A stretch of DNA of 64,000 nt, taken from the IMG/VR virus record IMGVR_UViG_3300045988_132388, one strand, 5' to 3'. The position numbers and the translations under genes are program-made. Below, piece after piece: positions 1-8,204 of the stretch (its first letter is position 1; each line of letters opens with the position of its first letter). The notes under the pieces were generated by a model. That model was not told the origin of the DNA. It saw only the letters and a list, made by a program, of their open reading frames with translations, and searched no databases. The DNA comes from a virus.

Positions 1-831
1 GTACATACGGTCGCCTACGCCAAAGTCAGAAACAGGACAGATTGTAACCTTTGACATTCCAGGCAAAACGAAATTGCCACCTGCGTCATAATCAACCTTG
101 TAGTTGCCGTGATACTTGTTAGCATAGCCGGCTGCGATGTTATGAGCAGTGATTTCGTTCATATACACAAGAGTCTTCTGCTTGCGCAGACGAGCGTCCC
201 ACTTCAGATACCAGTTGTAGAAGTTGTCGTAAGGTGTAGAGTCGTTGTTGTCAGCTGGAGCGCCGATAGCCTCGCAAGGAATGAGGTTGCCATTAGCCTC
301 AGAAATAATGCCAGCCTCGATGTCATGCTTGATGCAGGTGTGAATACCGTCATAGAGAGCCAATGCCTGGTCGTGGGCAGGAACGTTTTCCTTGCCATCA
401 TCGAGCGAGATGTCGCCAAACCAGAAGTTAGCAGCAAGGTTGTCGGCGTAATTGCGAAGGATTGCTTCTACCGCTGCTGTTGACATCGGGTACTGCCCCT
501 GAGCGTCCGTACCGAATACTGTTTCACAATATGCGTCAATAGAATCAGTAAAGTGATCCCAAGCAAGACGGGCGACAAGGGTACGCTCAGTCAAAAATCC
601 CGCCTGACTGTTTACTACTGAGTGAACGTCTTTACGACGTGTTGTACCACCCTTGCGGAGAAGAATGTGGAAGGTACGCTTAAACTGCATACCGCTGATA
701 ATGTCGATACCAAGACGGTCGGTTTCTGCGGGATCGGTATAACCAATACCCATGAGAATTTCCTTAGAAACCTGCTCGGCTACATGCTGAAGCGCATCCT
801 TTCCGATAAAGTTGTTTGGAAGTGTTGCCAT
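1..831 (-). CDS. major capsid protein, N-terminal 277 codons (3' end lies beyond the window start)
   Basis: Absent from the ORF track because it runs off the window edge. A reverse-strand ATG at 831-829 opens a stop-free frame down to base 1 (MATLPNNFIGKDALQHVAEQVSKEILMGIGYTDPAETDRLGID...). It lies directly downstream of the protease-scaffold gene and behind the CA-rich leader shared by late genes. The product call is positional plus general resemblance. Confidence 0.6.
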   Translation of the reverse strand, partial: MATLPNNFIGKDALQHVAEQVSKEILMGIGYTDPAETDRLGIDIISGMQFKRTFHILLRKGGTTRRKDVHSVVNSQAGFLTERTLVARLAWDHFTDSIDAYCETVFGTDAQGQYPMSTAAVEAILRNYADNLAANFWFGDISLDDGKENVPAHDQALALYDGIHTCIKHDIEAGIISEANGNLIPCEAIGAPADNNDSTPYDNFYNWYLKWDARLRKQKTLVYMNEITAHNIAAGYANKYHGNYKVDYDAGGNFVLPGMSKVTICPVSDFGVGDRMY

Positions 832-903
832 AATTGTGTTTGAGTTTTGTGTTGTTGTTAATGTGTTGTTTTGTGTTGGTTGAGAACTTTGATTTAGCAA
901 GGA

Positions 904-2589
904 TTAATCCTCACCACGCTTGAAACGCTCAAAAGCTGCCTTACGCTCGACATTGGTCTTGTAAGGTGAAGGGTCAAACTCACGGAGAGTCTGCGTCTTC
1001 ACTCCCTCACCATTACTTTCGGGAGCTGCACCAATCTCCTGCTCCTCGCTCGGCTCGTTGGTGAGCGAAACAATCTGAGCATCCTTGTCAGAAAGGTTCT
1101 GCTCGGCTGTAGCAAGTGCATTCTTGGTGTTCTTCAACTCCTCGTCAGCCTTTGCCTTGCCGTCGTTGAGTGTAGCGATTTCCGCGTTTTTGTTAGCAAT
1201 AGCCTCGGCATGTGTAGCATTGAGAGTTTCGATTTCTTTACTGTGAGCCTCCTTAGCCTCGGCAAGTGCGGTCTCCGCGACTTCCTTTGCTTCGTTGGCT
1301 GCGTCTACCTGTGCGGAGAGTTCGTCGAACTTGCCCTGCAATTCTGCGAGAGCGTTCTCCGCTGTAGTGACTTTCTGCTCGGCATCAGTCACCTTCTGCT
1401 CAGCTTCCTTCATGTGGGCTTCAAGATTGTCAAGAAGCGAGGCGTTCATATACGCGCCCTCTTCCGTAACGGCAATCTCGCCAGCCTGCAATCCGCAAGC
1501 GTTGCAAATAAGAGGATATTTCTCCATATTTATATTGGTGTTTGTGTTTGTTGCTTCCGGTTTCTCTGGCTCCGGCTCGTTCTCAGGCTCGTTCTGTGGA
1601 TCGTCCTCTGGTTCATCTTCCGGCTCGTTCTGTGGCTCAATCGTCTGCTCACGGTTGATAAGTTCAGCTCTACCATCATAAAGGGCAAAAGTGTGTTGAA
1701 CCACCTCCTTAAACGACGACTGACCATCCATAAGAATACCCTTCACGTCCTCGGCATTGAACACCTTGCCATGCAGATGCTCATCGGTGGCGTTAGGGCA
1801 AGCTTTTTTAACGTCGGCACGGAACTCAACGCCAAGTTCGGCAAGCTCCTTGATAAGCTCCTTGTCATCATCCTTGTTAGCAAGGTCGCGGTAAGCCTTA
1901 TTCTTGTCGAACGACTTAGGATCGTAAAGTTCATGATAGGTCTCGTCGGTATACTTGTCTTTAGCTCCATCGGGCAAAGTGTAGAACGCTGCCATCACGC
2001 CGATACAACCTACAATATCTTTCGGATTCATATAATAGCGTTCGTCGCAAAGAGAGGCAAGATACATTCCTGCTGAAGCACACATACCATCAACCAGGGC
2101 TATAACCTTCTGCCCCTTAGAGTGGGCATAGTCGATGGCAAGTGCATAGTCATTCTTTGCCCATGCCGAGCCGCCAGGAGTGTTGATGATGAAAACGTGT
2201 CCACGACAAAGAGGATGATCGGCTACCCGCATCATCATGTCGCGATGGTCTATTGAACCATACGAACAATAGCCACCGTTGCGAGTGATAGGGCCGTCAA
2301 CAGACAATACCGAAACGAACGGGAAGTTCTGTGCCAGCTCGTCGTCGGCGGGAAGATCCAAAGTCCAGTTGCCTCTCACCTGCTTGCCATCCTCTGAAAT
2401 CTGATATTCCTCGGGATAGTAAGTCTTGCCGTCGGCATCCTCCGCGGTAACATATCCACAAGTCTTCTCCGGCTTGCTGAAAGCCGCATGAGTATTCAGA
2501 TTGTGCTCAAGCGACTGACGGATGCCATGCACGAAGTCCGGACTGACCATCCACTTCTTTTCAGTTAGAATTTCGTAAAGTCCTTTCAT
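904..2589 (-). CDS. prohead protease (S49/SppA-ClpP-like) fused to a coiled-coil scaffolding domain
   Basis: 561 aa. The N-terminal half carries serine-protease signatures (VFIINTPGGSAW, ALVDGMCASAGMYLASLCD). An acidic linker (EPQNEPEDEPEDDPQNEPENEPEPEKPE) follows, then a long Ala/Glu/Lys coiled-coil C-terminal half. The gene is immediately upstream of the capsid gene. Confidence 0.85.
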   Translation of the reverse strand: MKGLYEILTEKKWMVSPDFVHGIRQSLEHNLNTHAAFSKPEKTCGYVTAEDADGKTYYPEEYQISEDGKQVRGNWTLDLPADDELAQNFPFVSVLSVDGPITRNGGYCSYGSIDHRDMMMRVADHPLCRGHVFIINTPGGSAWAKNDYALAIDYAHSKGQKVIALVDGMCASAGMYLASLCDERYYMNPKDIVGCIGVMAAFYTLPDGAKDKYTDETYHELYDPKSFDKNKAYRDLANKDDDKELIKELAELGVEFRADVKKACPNATDEHLHGKVFNAEDVKGILMDGQSSFKEVVQHTFALYDGRAELINREQTIEPQNEPEDEPEDDPQNEPENEPEPEKPEATNTNTNINMEKYPLICNACGLQAGEIAVTEEGAYMNASLLDNLEAHMKEAEQKVTDAEQKVTTAENALAELQGKFDELSAQVDAANEAKEVAETALAEAKEAHSKEIETLNATHAEAIANKNAEIATLNDGKAKADEELKNTKNALATAEQNLSDKDAQIVSLTNEPSEEQEIGAAPESNGEGVKTQTLREFDPSPYKTNVERKAAFERFKRGED

Positions 2590-2651
2590 TTAAAATTTTG
2601 TGTTTGTGTTGTTGTTATCCTGAATACAACCTTTTTACCAGTTGCTAAAGT

Positions 2652-2723
2652 TGCGGAGGAGGGACTCGAACCCTCGACCTCCTGGTTATGAGCCAAGCGA
2701 GCTGCCAGCTGCTACTACTCCGC
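2652..2723 (-). tRNA. tRNA-Met-like (anticodon CAT), imperfect
   Basis: The minus strand reads GCGGAGTAGTAGCAGCTGGCAGCTCGCTTGGCTCATAACCAGGAGGTCGAGGGTTCGAGTCCCTCCTCCGCA. The anticodon arm is CTTGG-CTCATAA-CCAGG and the T arm is GAGGG-TTCGAGT-CCCTC. The D loop contains GG. Only 6 clean acceptor base pairs form, the D stem has a T-C mismatch, and no CCA is encoded. Confidence 0.7.
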
Positions 2724-2841
2724 TGTGTTATCCGAATGCAAAAGTAAAAAACATCCTATTAAGGCTTTGGACGAAAAATGCCGTCATCCTCACAGACAAC
2801 GGCACCGGTAGATAAAAAAAAATCAAAAAAAGAAATCAGCT

Positions 2842-3333
2842 TCATCTTACTGTAATCGGAATAAAATCCGACAGCGACTTGCATGAAGTAGTTAGCGACA
2901 TCTGCTCTTCAGTCTGCGAAACATTTGTAGTCGCATTGAAGGAAAAGGTGTTTGGTAACGTGTAACAAAGGTACAACTGCCCGTCTTCACGACGAATCAC
3001 AATATAGCAATCCTCCTCTTCGATAGCTATTTTTCTCTGTGTTTCGCGCACATTTTCCTTTCCGTCAGTGATTGTTGCACTTATTTCTAAAGAAAACAGC
3101 GTTTGGGAACCCATTTTACTGATAGTGGATTTAGCGGTCAAGGTTTCGGCAACCACCAGTGATTTATCCTGTGTGGCTATATGTAGAAGAGCATCGGTAA
3201 AACTACAGTTGTTGATATTCAGTATCTGTGCCACACTGAATGGCACAGGAATACTACTGCTTTTAGTAGGGTAGATGTAAACATCTGTTATTCCTGCAAG
3301 AAAAATCTCTTTGCAATTATCGGGTAAAACCAT
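2842..3333 (-). CDS. hypothetical protein
   Basis: 163-aa ORF co-oriented with its neighbours. No motif recognised. Confidence 0.6.
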   Translation of the reverse strand: MVLPDNCKEIFLAGITDVYIYPTKSSSIPVPFSVAQILNINNCSFTDALLHIATQDKSLVVAETLTAKSTISKMGSQTLFSLEISATITDGKENVRETQRKIAIEEEDCYIVIRREDGQLYLCYTLPNTFSFNATTNVSQTEEQMSLTTSCKSLSDFIPITVR

Positions 3334-3398
3334 ACGTATTATAATTTTGCTTGTTTTTTAATATTATTTTACATTCAATTTAACAATCATAAAGACTT

Positions 3399-4133
3399 TT
3401 AGTCCAACCATTGAAATTCATCAATATGATGACTACGTTCGGAGTCATCCCCATATTTCATGTCAAGACAGGAATACGACCGGAAGAAGTAGTGCTCCGC
3501 CTTGAGCCATCTTTCCACAATCCGGCGCATATTATCCTTCTCTTCCTTCGTGGGGTCTATGCCATAACGCATCAGAAAACGCTCAAGCATGGCAGCTTTG
3601 CTACGGGCTACGATTCTGCCGTTTGCCGTGCAATAGTCAAAGGTGGCAAGCACCCATTCCACTACGCTGCGCTTGAAGTCGTTGTTCAATGATTCAAGGA
3701 GCTTGTACACCCCATGCTTATCAAGATTCCACGTAGGAGTAACCACGCGAACGGTATCTATAACTTCAATCTCGTTGGGCAATTTTATACAGAGAAAGTC
3801 TTCATTGTCGCTCCTGCTGTAATCCTTATACCCATTGAGCTGCTGCACCTCTGCAAAGGTAAGATATTCCGAACTGTCACGCTTTACAACGACATTGCCT
3901 CCGAGAGGGTGTCTACCGTTCATCATGTTGCGCCACTGCTGATGGGAGAAGCACTGTGCGTTCACTTGTTGTGTAACGGCATCCGCATTGGACAGGGAGT
4001 TGCGCATCAGGAAGTGCTCAGGCATGTACATGTTGAATACTACAGGCTCGTTCTTGGCAAGAGTTTTGTTCGGGTCACGGTGGCGAAAATACTGACACCG
4101 GCTCGTAGGTAGACGAAGATAGATGTTAGGCAT
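3399..4133 (-). CDS. hypothetical protein
   Basis: 244-aa ORF ending 12 nt from the next gene. No motif recognised. Confidence 0.65.
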   Translation of the reverse strand: MPNIYLRLPTSRCQYFRHRDPNKTLAKNEPVVFNMYMPEHFLMRNSLSNADAVTQQVNAQCFSHQQWRNMMNGRHPLGGNVVVKRDSSEYLTFAEVQQLNGYKDYSRSDNEDFLCIKLPNEIEVIDTVRVVTPTWNLDKHGVYKLLESLNNDFKRSVVEWVLATFDYCTANGRIVARSKAAMLERFLMRYGIDPTKEEKDNMRRIVERWLKAEHYFFRSYSCLDMKYGDDSERSHHIDEFQWLD

Positions 4134-4144
4134 GAATGAAAAAA

Positions 4145-5101
4145 TTAATGCTTTGTTTCAAAATATGTTTTCATTATCGCCGTAGTTACGGTAAAGGAGT
4201 AGTTAAGGGCATCACGGGCTTCAACCTTGCCTGTTATGCGGTCGATTTTCTTGGCTTTCTCTTCATCGACATTCATGGCAAGAGACATGGTGTCAATATA
4301 TCTGCCGCCAGACTCGGTATGCTTGATAAACGTCTTGGCGATTTTCTTGTCAACATCAAAAATCTTGTGTATGGCTTCCACCATATCCTCTTCCGTGCAG
4401 AAGCGAGACAACGGATGCAGCTTGCGATATTTCGCAGAGTAGGTCTTCAACCGTTTAGTCATATATTCATTGATGGAATCGGAGTAGTCAAGATACAACT
4501 GTGTTTCCGGTCTACAGACATCATCGGGGCGAGAAGACTTGAAGAAACCGCGCAGTTGGGTAAGAACCTGCTGTACGGCATCAAACTGGTTGAACTCTAT
4601 TGCATTACCGAACACGTTGTACATATTCTGCTTTGCGTCTACGAGCAGACCTTCAAGCATATCGGCAAGAAAAACAATCTTGTCAAGGCTACTCACTAAA
4701 GTTTCAACCTTTTCCATAATTCCATCCTTGGAATAATCGACATAATACCTCAGCACATTGCCGAAAGGCAGAAAATCATAGGTTACGTCAGACTGGATAT
4801 TTGACTGCACTAAGACAGAATATATCAAATCAGCCAACCTGCGGTCGCGCTGCTGAATGGCGTTGACAATGGCTGCCATTTGCGTAGTATTCTTTGGTAT
4901 ACGTACCGTTGACCTTACCAGGGCGTTGCGCTTTTCCACGGCTTCAGTAAAATCAGGGTTGGCAAACAGTATTTTTAGTGCCTCGGTATACTTCTGGGCA
5001 GGCACGTCTTTCATATCAAACGTATATAACGTAGGCTGCGCCTTTATTTTCTTTTCTCGAAGCTCGTTGGTCGTCGAGGTAGATTTATTCTTCTTGCTCA
5101 T
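4145..5101 (-). CDS. hypothetical protein
   Basis: 318-aa ORF, tightly packed on the minus strand. No motif recognised. Confidence 0.7.
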   Translation of the reverse strand: MSKKNKSTSTTNELREKKIKAQPTLYTFDMKDVPAQKYTEALKILFANPDFTEAVEKRNALVRSTVRIPKNTTQMAAIVNAIQQRDRRLADLIYSVLVQSNIQSDVTYDFLPFGNVLRYYVDYSKDGIMEKVETLVSSLDKIVFLADMLEGLLVDAKQNMYNVFGNAIEFNQFDAVQQVLTQLRGFFKSSRPDDVCRPETQLYLDYSDSINEYMTKRLKTYSAKYRKLHPLSRFCTEEDMVEAIHKIFDVDKKIAKTFIKHTESGGRYIDTMSLAMNVDEEKAKKIDRITGKVEARDALNYSFTVTTAIMKTYFETKH

Positions 5102-5148
5102 GGTCTATTTTACATAATATGCGTTATTCATAAAACGGACAGCCGCTT

Positions 5149-5541
5149 TTAACGGTTGTCTCCGTTACCGTCAATCAAGCCATGCTGCTGACGCGACTGA
5201 AGCTTTTCGAGGTTCTGCCGGCAGACATCTTCAAGACTGAAACCAAGCACAGAACATACTCCGGCTATCTGCCACATCACGTCGCCACATTTTTTCTCGA
5301 TGTCCTTGATTTCTTCCTCAGTCATGCCATGGAAGGTCTGTGTCAAGATGCGCTCTCCGTTCTTGTCACGATCGCTCGTGCCGATAAACAACTTGCCCTT
5401 GCGGATTGCTTTTGCAAGTTTGGAGTGTAGTTCACCCACCTCTCCGCAGAGATTCATTGTCATGTAGGCGATATTGTTACAAGTAGGCATGCAGGTAGTC
5501 ATTGCCTTCTGCTGATATTCATTCAAAGTAAGATTATCCAT
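5149..5541 (-). CDS. MazG-like nucleoside triphosphate pyrophosphohydrolase
   Basis: 130 aa. It shows the all-alpha MazG pattern: LNEYQQKAMTT, GEVGELHSKLAKAIR, CGDVMWQIAGV and NLEKLQSRQQHG..GNGD. Confidence 0.8.
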   Translation of the reverse strand: MDNLTLNEYQQKAMTTCMPTCNNIAYMTMNLCGEVGELHSKLAKAIRKGKLFIGTSDRDKNGERILTQTFHGMTEEEIKDIEKKCGDVMWQIAGVCSVLGFSLEDVCRQNLEKLQSRQQHGLIDGNGDNR

Positions 5542-5572
5542 AAACTAATTTGCGTTTTATTCAACTTTATGG

Positions 5573-6472
5573 TTATATATCAAAGTCGGGAATATATTCT
5601 CGCATTCTTCCTATTATAATTCCGCGTATCACACCGCACACGTATTTTGCGTTGGGATGTGCCTTGCCGGTAGTCTCATTGAAGCGTAGGTCAATGATAT
5701 GTTTCCACTCATTGAGGTTATAGGTGTAGGCAACCACGGTGTAAGTGTCGAGAGGTAAAATGCCACGTGCGTCCTGCGGTTGCAGTCCGGCTCTCAGCAG
5801 ACGGGTATATATCCATGAGCTGAAGCGGCAAGCTGTCCGGTAGAGGAATCGCTGACGGCGTGTACCAGCATGATACCATTCGGGCTCGGCTATCTGTACT
5901 CCTCCTTTCTTCTCCAGGTTACAGTAACGGGTACTTTGCTCGGCAATAGCGTTGGGGGATGTACGGTTGAGCTCTCGCGAGGTGCTTATCTGTGTGGTGA
6001 CAACGAACGTCATACGCAAGAGCCACAAAGCTGCATTGCATTTGGCTTTCACAGCCCGACGAATAAACTCTTCCTCGTCTATCTGGAACGGCATAAGCAT
6101 GTTCTTCAACTGCTCTTGCTCGCACAAAAACTGCAGATTGGTACTAATCCATACCTTGCTGCCCTTTACGGCATAGGATATATAAGGCGAGGCAACCATC
6201 AAAGACCATACCAGGGTAGTATGCAATTGCTTCTCGTTAGGCACGAAGAAATATGCGGTAGCATGGCGAAACATGGAGCGGTGTCCGCTTTCCCAGAAAC
6301 TCTTGCTACGCAACATGTCGCGCTCATGCAAGAAAGCCTTGCGTTCTTCGCCATCAAGACCTGGATCGGGCAGCTTGCCCTCACTCTTGTAACATATCCT
6401 GCCTACATCGGCGATATGTTGTGCAAAATCTTTCATTGGCCACCAAGCCACAGAGGGATCTATAAATTTCAT
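5573..6472 (-). CDS. ThyX-like (flavin-dependent thymidylate synthase fold) protein with a divergent active-site motif
   Basis: 299 aa. SGHRSMFRH aligns to the ThyX GHETPFEH motif. SRELNRTSPNAIAEQSTRY aligns to RQWFRHRIASYNELSGRY, so RHR is replaced by R-T-S. ARGILPLDTYT...NLNEWKHIIDLR aligns to AR.vLPL....N.R.l..f..LR. Confidence 0.75.
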   Translation of the reverse strand: MKFIDPSVAWWPMKDFAQHIADVGRICYKSEGKLPDPGLDGEERKAFLHERDMLRSKSFWESGHRSMFRHATAYFFVPNEKQLHTTLVWSLMVASPYISYAVKGSKVWISTNLQFLCEQEQLKNMLMPFQIDEEEFIRRAVKAKCNAALWLLRMTFVVTTQISTSRELNRTSPNAIAEQSTRYCNLEKKGGVQIAEPEWYHAGTRRQRFLYRTACRFSSWIYTRLLRAGLQPQDARGILPLDTYTVVAYTYNLNEWKHIIDLRFNETTGKAHPNAKYVCGVIRGIIIGRMREYIPDFDI

Positions 6473-6498
6473 ATATATATGTATCTTTAAGTTTTTTA

Positions 6499-7080
6499 TT
6501 AATCAGTAAAAGTAGACGAGGTTTCGCCAAAGGGACTGAGCTTATCCATGACAAATGGTATAGTACAGACATATTGCGCTACTTTATAGCGTAGGTCTTC
6601 TTTCGACATACCTCCATTGTTAAATATTCTGCGGTCGAATTTAATCCCCATAGCTGCATTCAGACGCTCCACGTCCCGCAATATACGTGAGAGCTTGACA
6701 CCTCTTGCCAAACGTGTTACTGTAGAACTTTTGATATAAAAGGAATATATCTGAATTTCGGGATGACGATCTTTCATGTCTATCAATCCGACTTCATCCA
6801 CAATATAGATAGCTATATCTTTCACCTGATCTACAGTAGCCCAATATTCATAGCCACCATACTGTGTATATGCTAACACCTCATCAGGATCCACATTAAA
6901 CTCTTTTACAAAATGATGCTCTCTGCCTTCCTGTTCTCCTTCACGCATAGGACGTGTGGTATAGGAACAGATAATAGGCCAGTCTGTCATTTCTGACATT
7001 ATCCGAGCTACAGTGTCCTTTCCTGCACCGCTCAGACCGGTAATTGTTATTAGTTTCATATCAATCTTCTTTATATTCAC
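6499..7080 (-). CDS. guanylate-kinase-like dNMP kinase
   Basis: 193 aa. It has the P-loop ITGLSGAGKDT and YTTRPMREGEQEGREHHFV, a GMP-kinase-type motif. The start could instead be the internal Met at 7059, which would remove the 20-nt overlap with the upstream gene. Confidence 0.8.
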   Translation of the reverse strand: MNIKKIDMKLITITGLSGAGKDTVARIMSEMTDWPIICSYTTRPMREGEQEGREHHFVKEFNVDPDEVLAYTQYGGYEYWATVDQVKDIAIYIVDEVGLIDMKDRHPEIQIYSFYIKSSTVTRLARGVKLSRILRDVERLNAAMGIKFDRRIFNNGGMSKEDLRYKVAQYVCTIPFVMDKLSPFGETSSTFTD

Positions 7081-8167
7081 TCAAAAGAGCGTTGCCGCAG
7101 GTTATTCTATCCTCGTCCTCTTCCACAGAAGGAACAAAAACAATCACATCCCAACCTGCCTTGACAAGCGGTTGTTCAAACTGTTTGTAAACATCGTATG
7201 TGTAATATCCCTCCTCAGTCTGAATGCCATTACTTATAGCCTCTTTTGTCTCGTGAATAGGAGTTATCTTTACAATGAACTTTTCCTTATCAAAGAGTTT
7301 GTCCAAAACGGCAGGGTCTAATATCGTGTCTTTAGTGACAGGAAAATTCAACGTGTACTTTCTGCCGACCGGCATAGGTAAATCACGGCAAATCTCTGAG
7401 ATTTCCTGCAAAGTCAAGGATCGACCACGGAACAAATCATTACGCTGCTCTTCATCTGTAGAGTTTATAGACAACTGCAATCCGGCTTCACCTCTAAACT
7501 CGTAGTTCTTGAGTTGACAGAACTCACCAAGAATACGTTTCAGAGTTTTGCTTCCCAAAGAACCCGGAAGCATGGTCGTAAATACAGGATGGATAACATC
7601 TGCATCCATGAATACGTTGACATCATCCCTGAGATAGCACAGCAAATATATCTTGATGTTATTCCAGTTGAATGACGGTTCGCCCATACGAGCCAGATGA
7701 AGGTTGAAACGCTTGGTGTGCTGACACTCCGAACGAACGATAGCCGATATTACTTCTTCTCGCAGATCGCTAACCTTAGCATTACCGTGGAAACCGACTT
7801 TAGGGCAGTCACAGAACTTACATTTCATCGGACATCCTTTTTGAGTGGAAATAGTAACAACCATCTTATCCTCAAGATCTACCTTCTTATGGGTTACACC
7901 ATTAATTTCCTTAGTCAATCCAAGGAAGTCCGCCTTTATGTTGGCTTCCTTGCCATAGTCGCCAACATATAAATATTCAAGACATTTTTTAGTATCACTA
8001 AAAATTGCTCCAGTACGAGTCTTAGATTCTTTAATCATAATAGAAATACATATCGTTTTATTGATATTTTCAATCTTTAATTCAAATGGACGAGAAGTTA
8101 TAAAACGAGGTGAGCCACATTCTTTATACGGCACTTCTGTGATAGTGATGGCGATAGTGATAGCCAC
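7061..8167 (-). CDS. RlmN/Cfr-like radical SAM RNA methyltransferase homologue
   Basis: [36 protein letters not shown] parallels the E. coli RlmN stretch [47 protein letters not shown] parallels MGMGEPLLNLNNV. The C-terminal ITCGNAL parallels AACGQL. The annotated start is GTG at 8167; an ATG at 8038 is an alternative. Confidence 0.75.
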   Translation of the reverse strand: [368 protein letters not shown]

Positions 8168-8190
8168 CGCAGTCGGGTGATAGTGATAGC
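8141..8190. repeat. three copies of GATAGTGAT(G/A)GC
   Basis: Copies lie at 8141-8152, 8153-8164 (in tandem with the first) and 8179-8190. They sit between the tRNA-like RNA and the radical SAM gene. If the GTG start is real they encode AITIAITI; otherwise they lie in the leader. Confidence 0.6.
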
Positions 8191-8204
8191 GAAATAAAAG
8201 ATGT

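Noticed and set aside
109-483. Plus-strand 124-aa ORF (and 622..843) at the window start
   Set aside because: These lie antisense to a stop-free minus-strand frame with a far more protein-like translation (the partial capsid gene 1-831). They are shadow ORFs.
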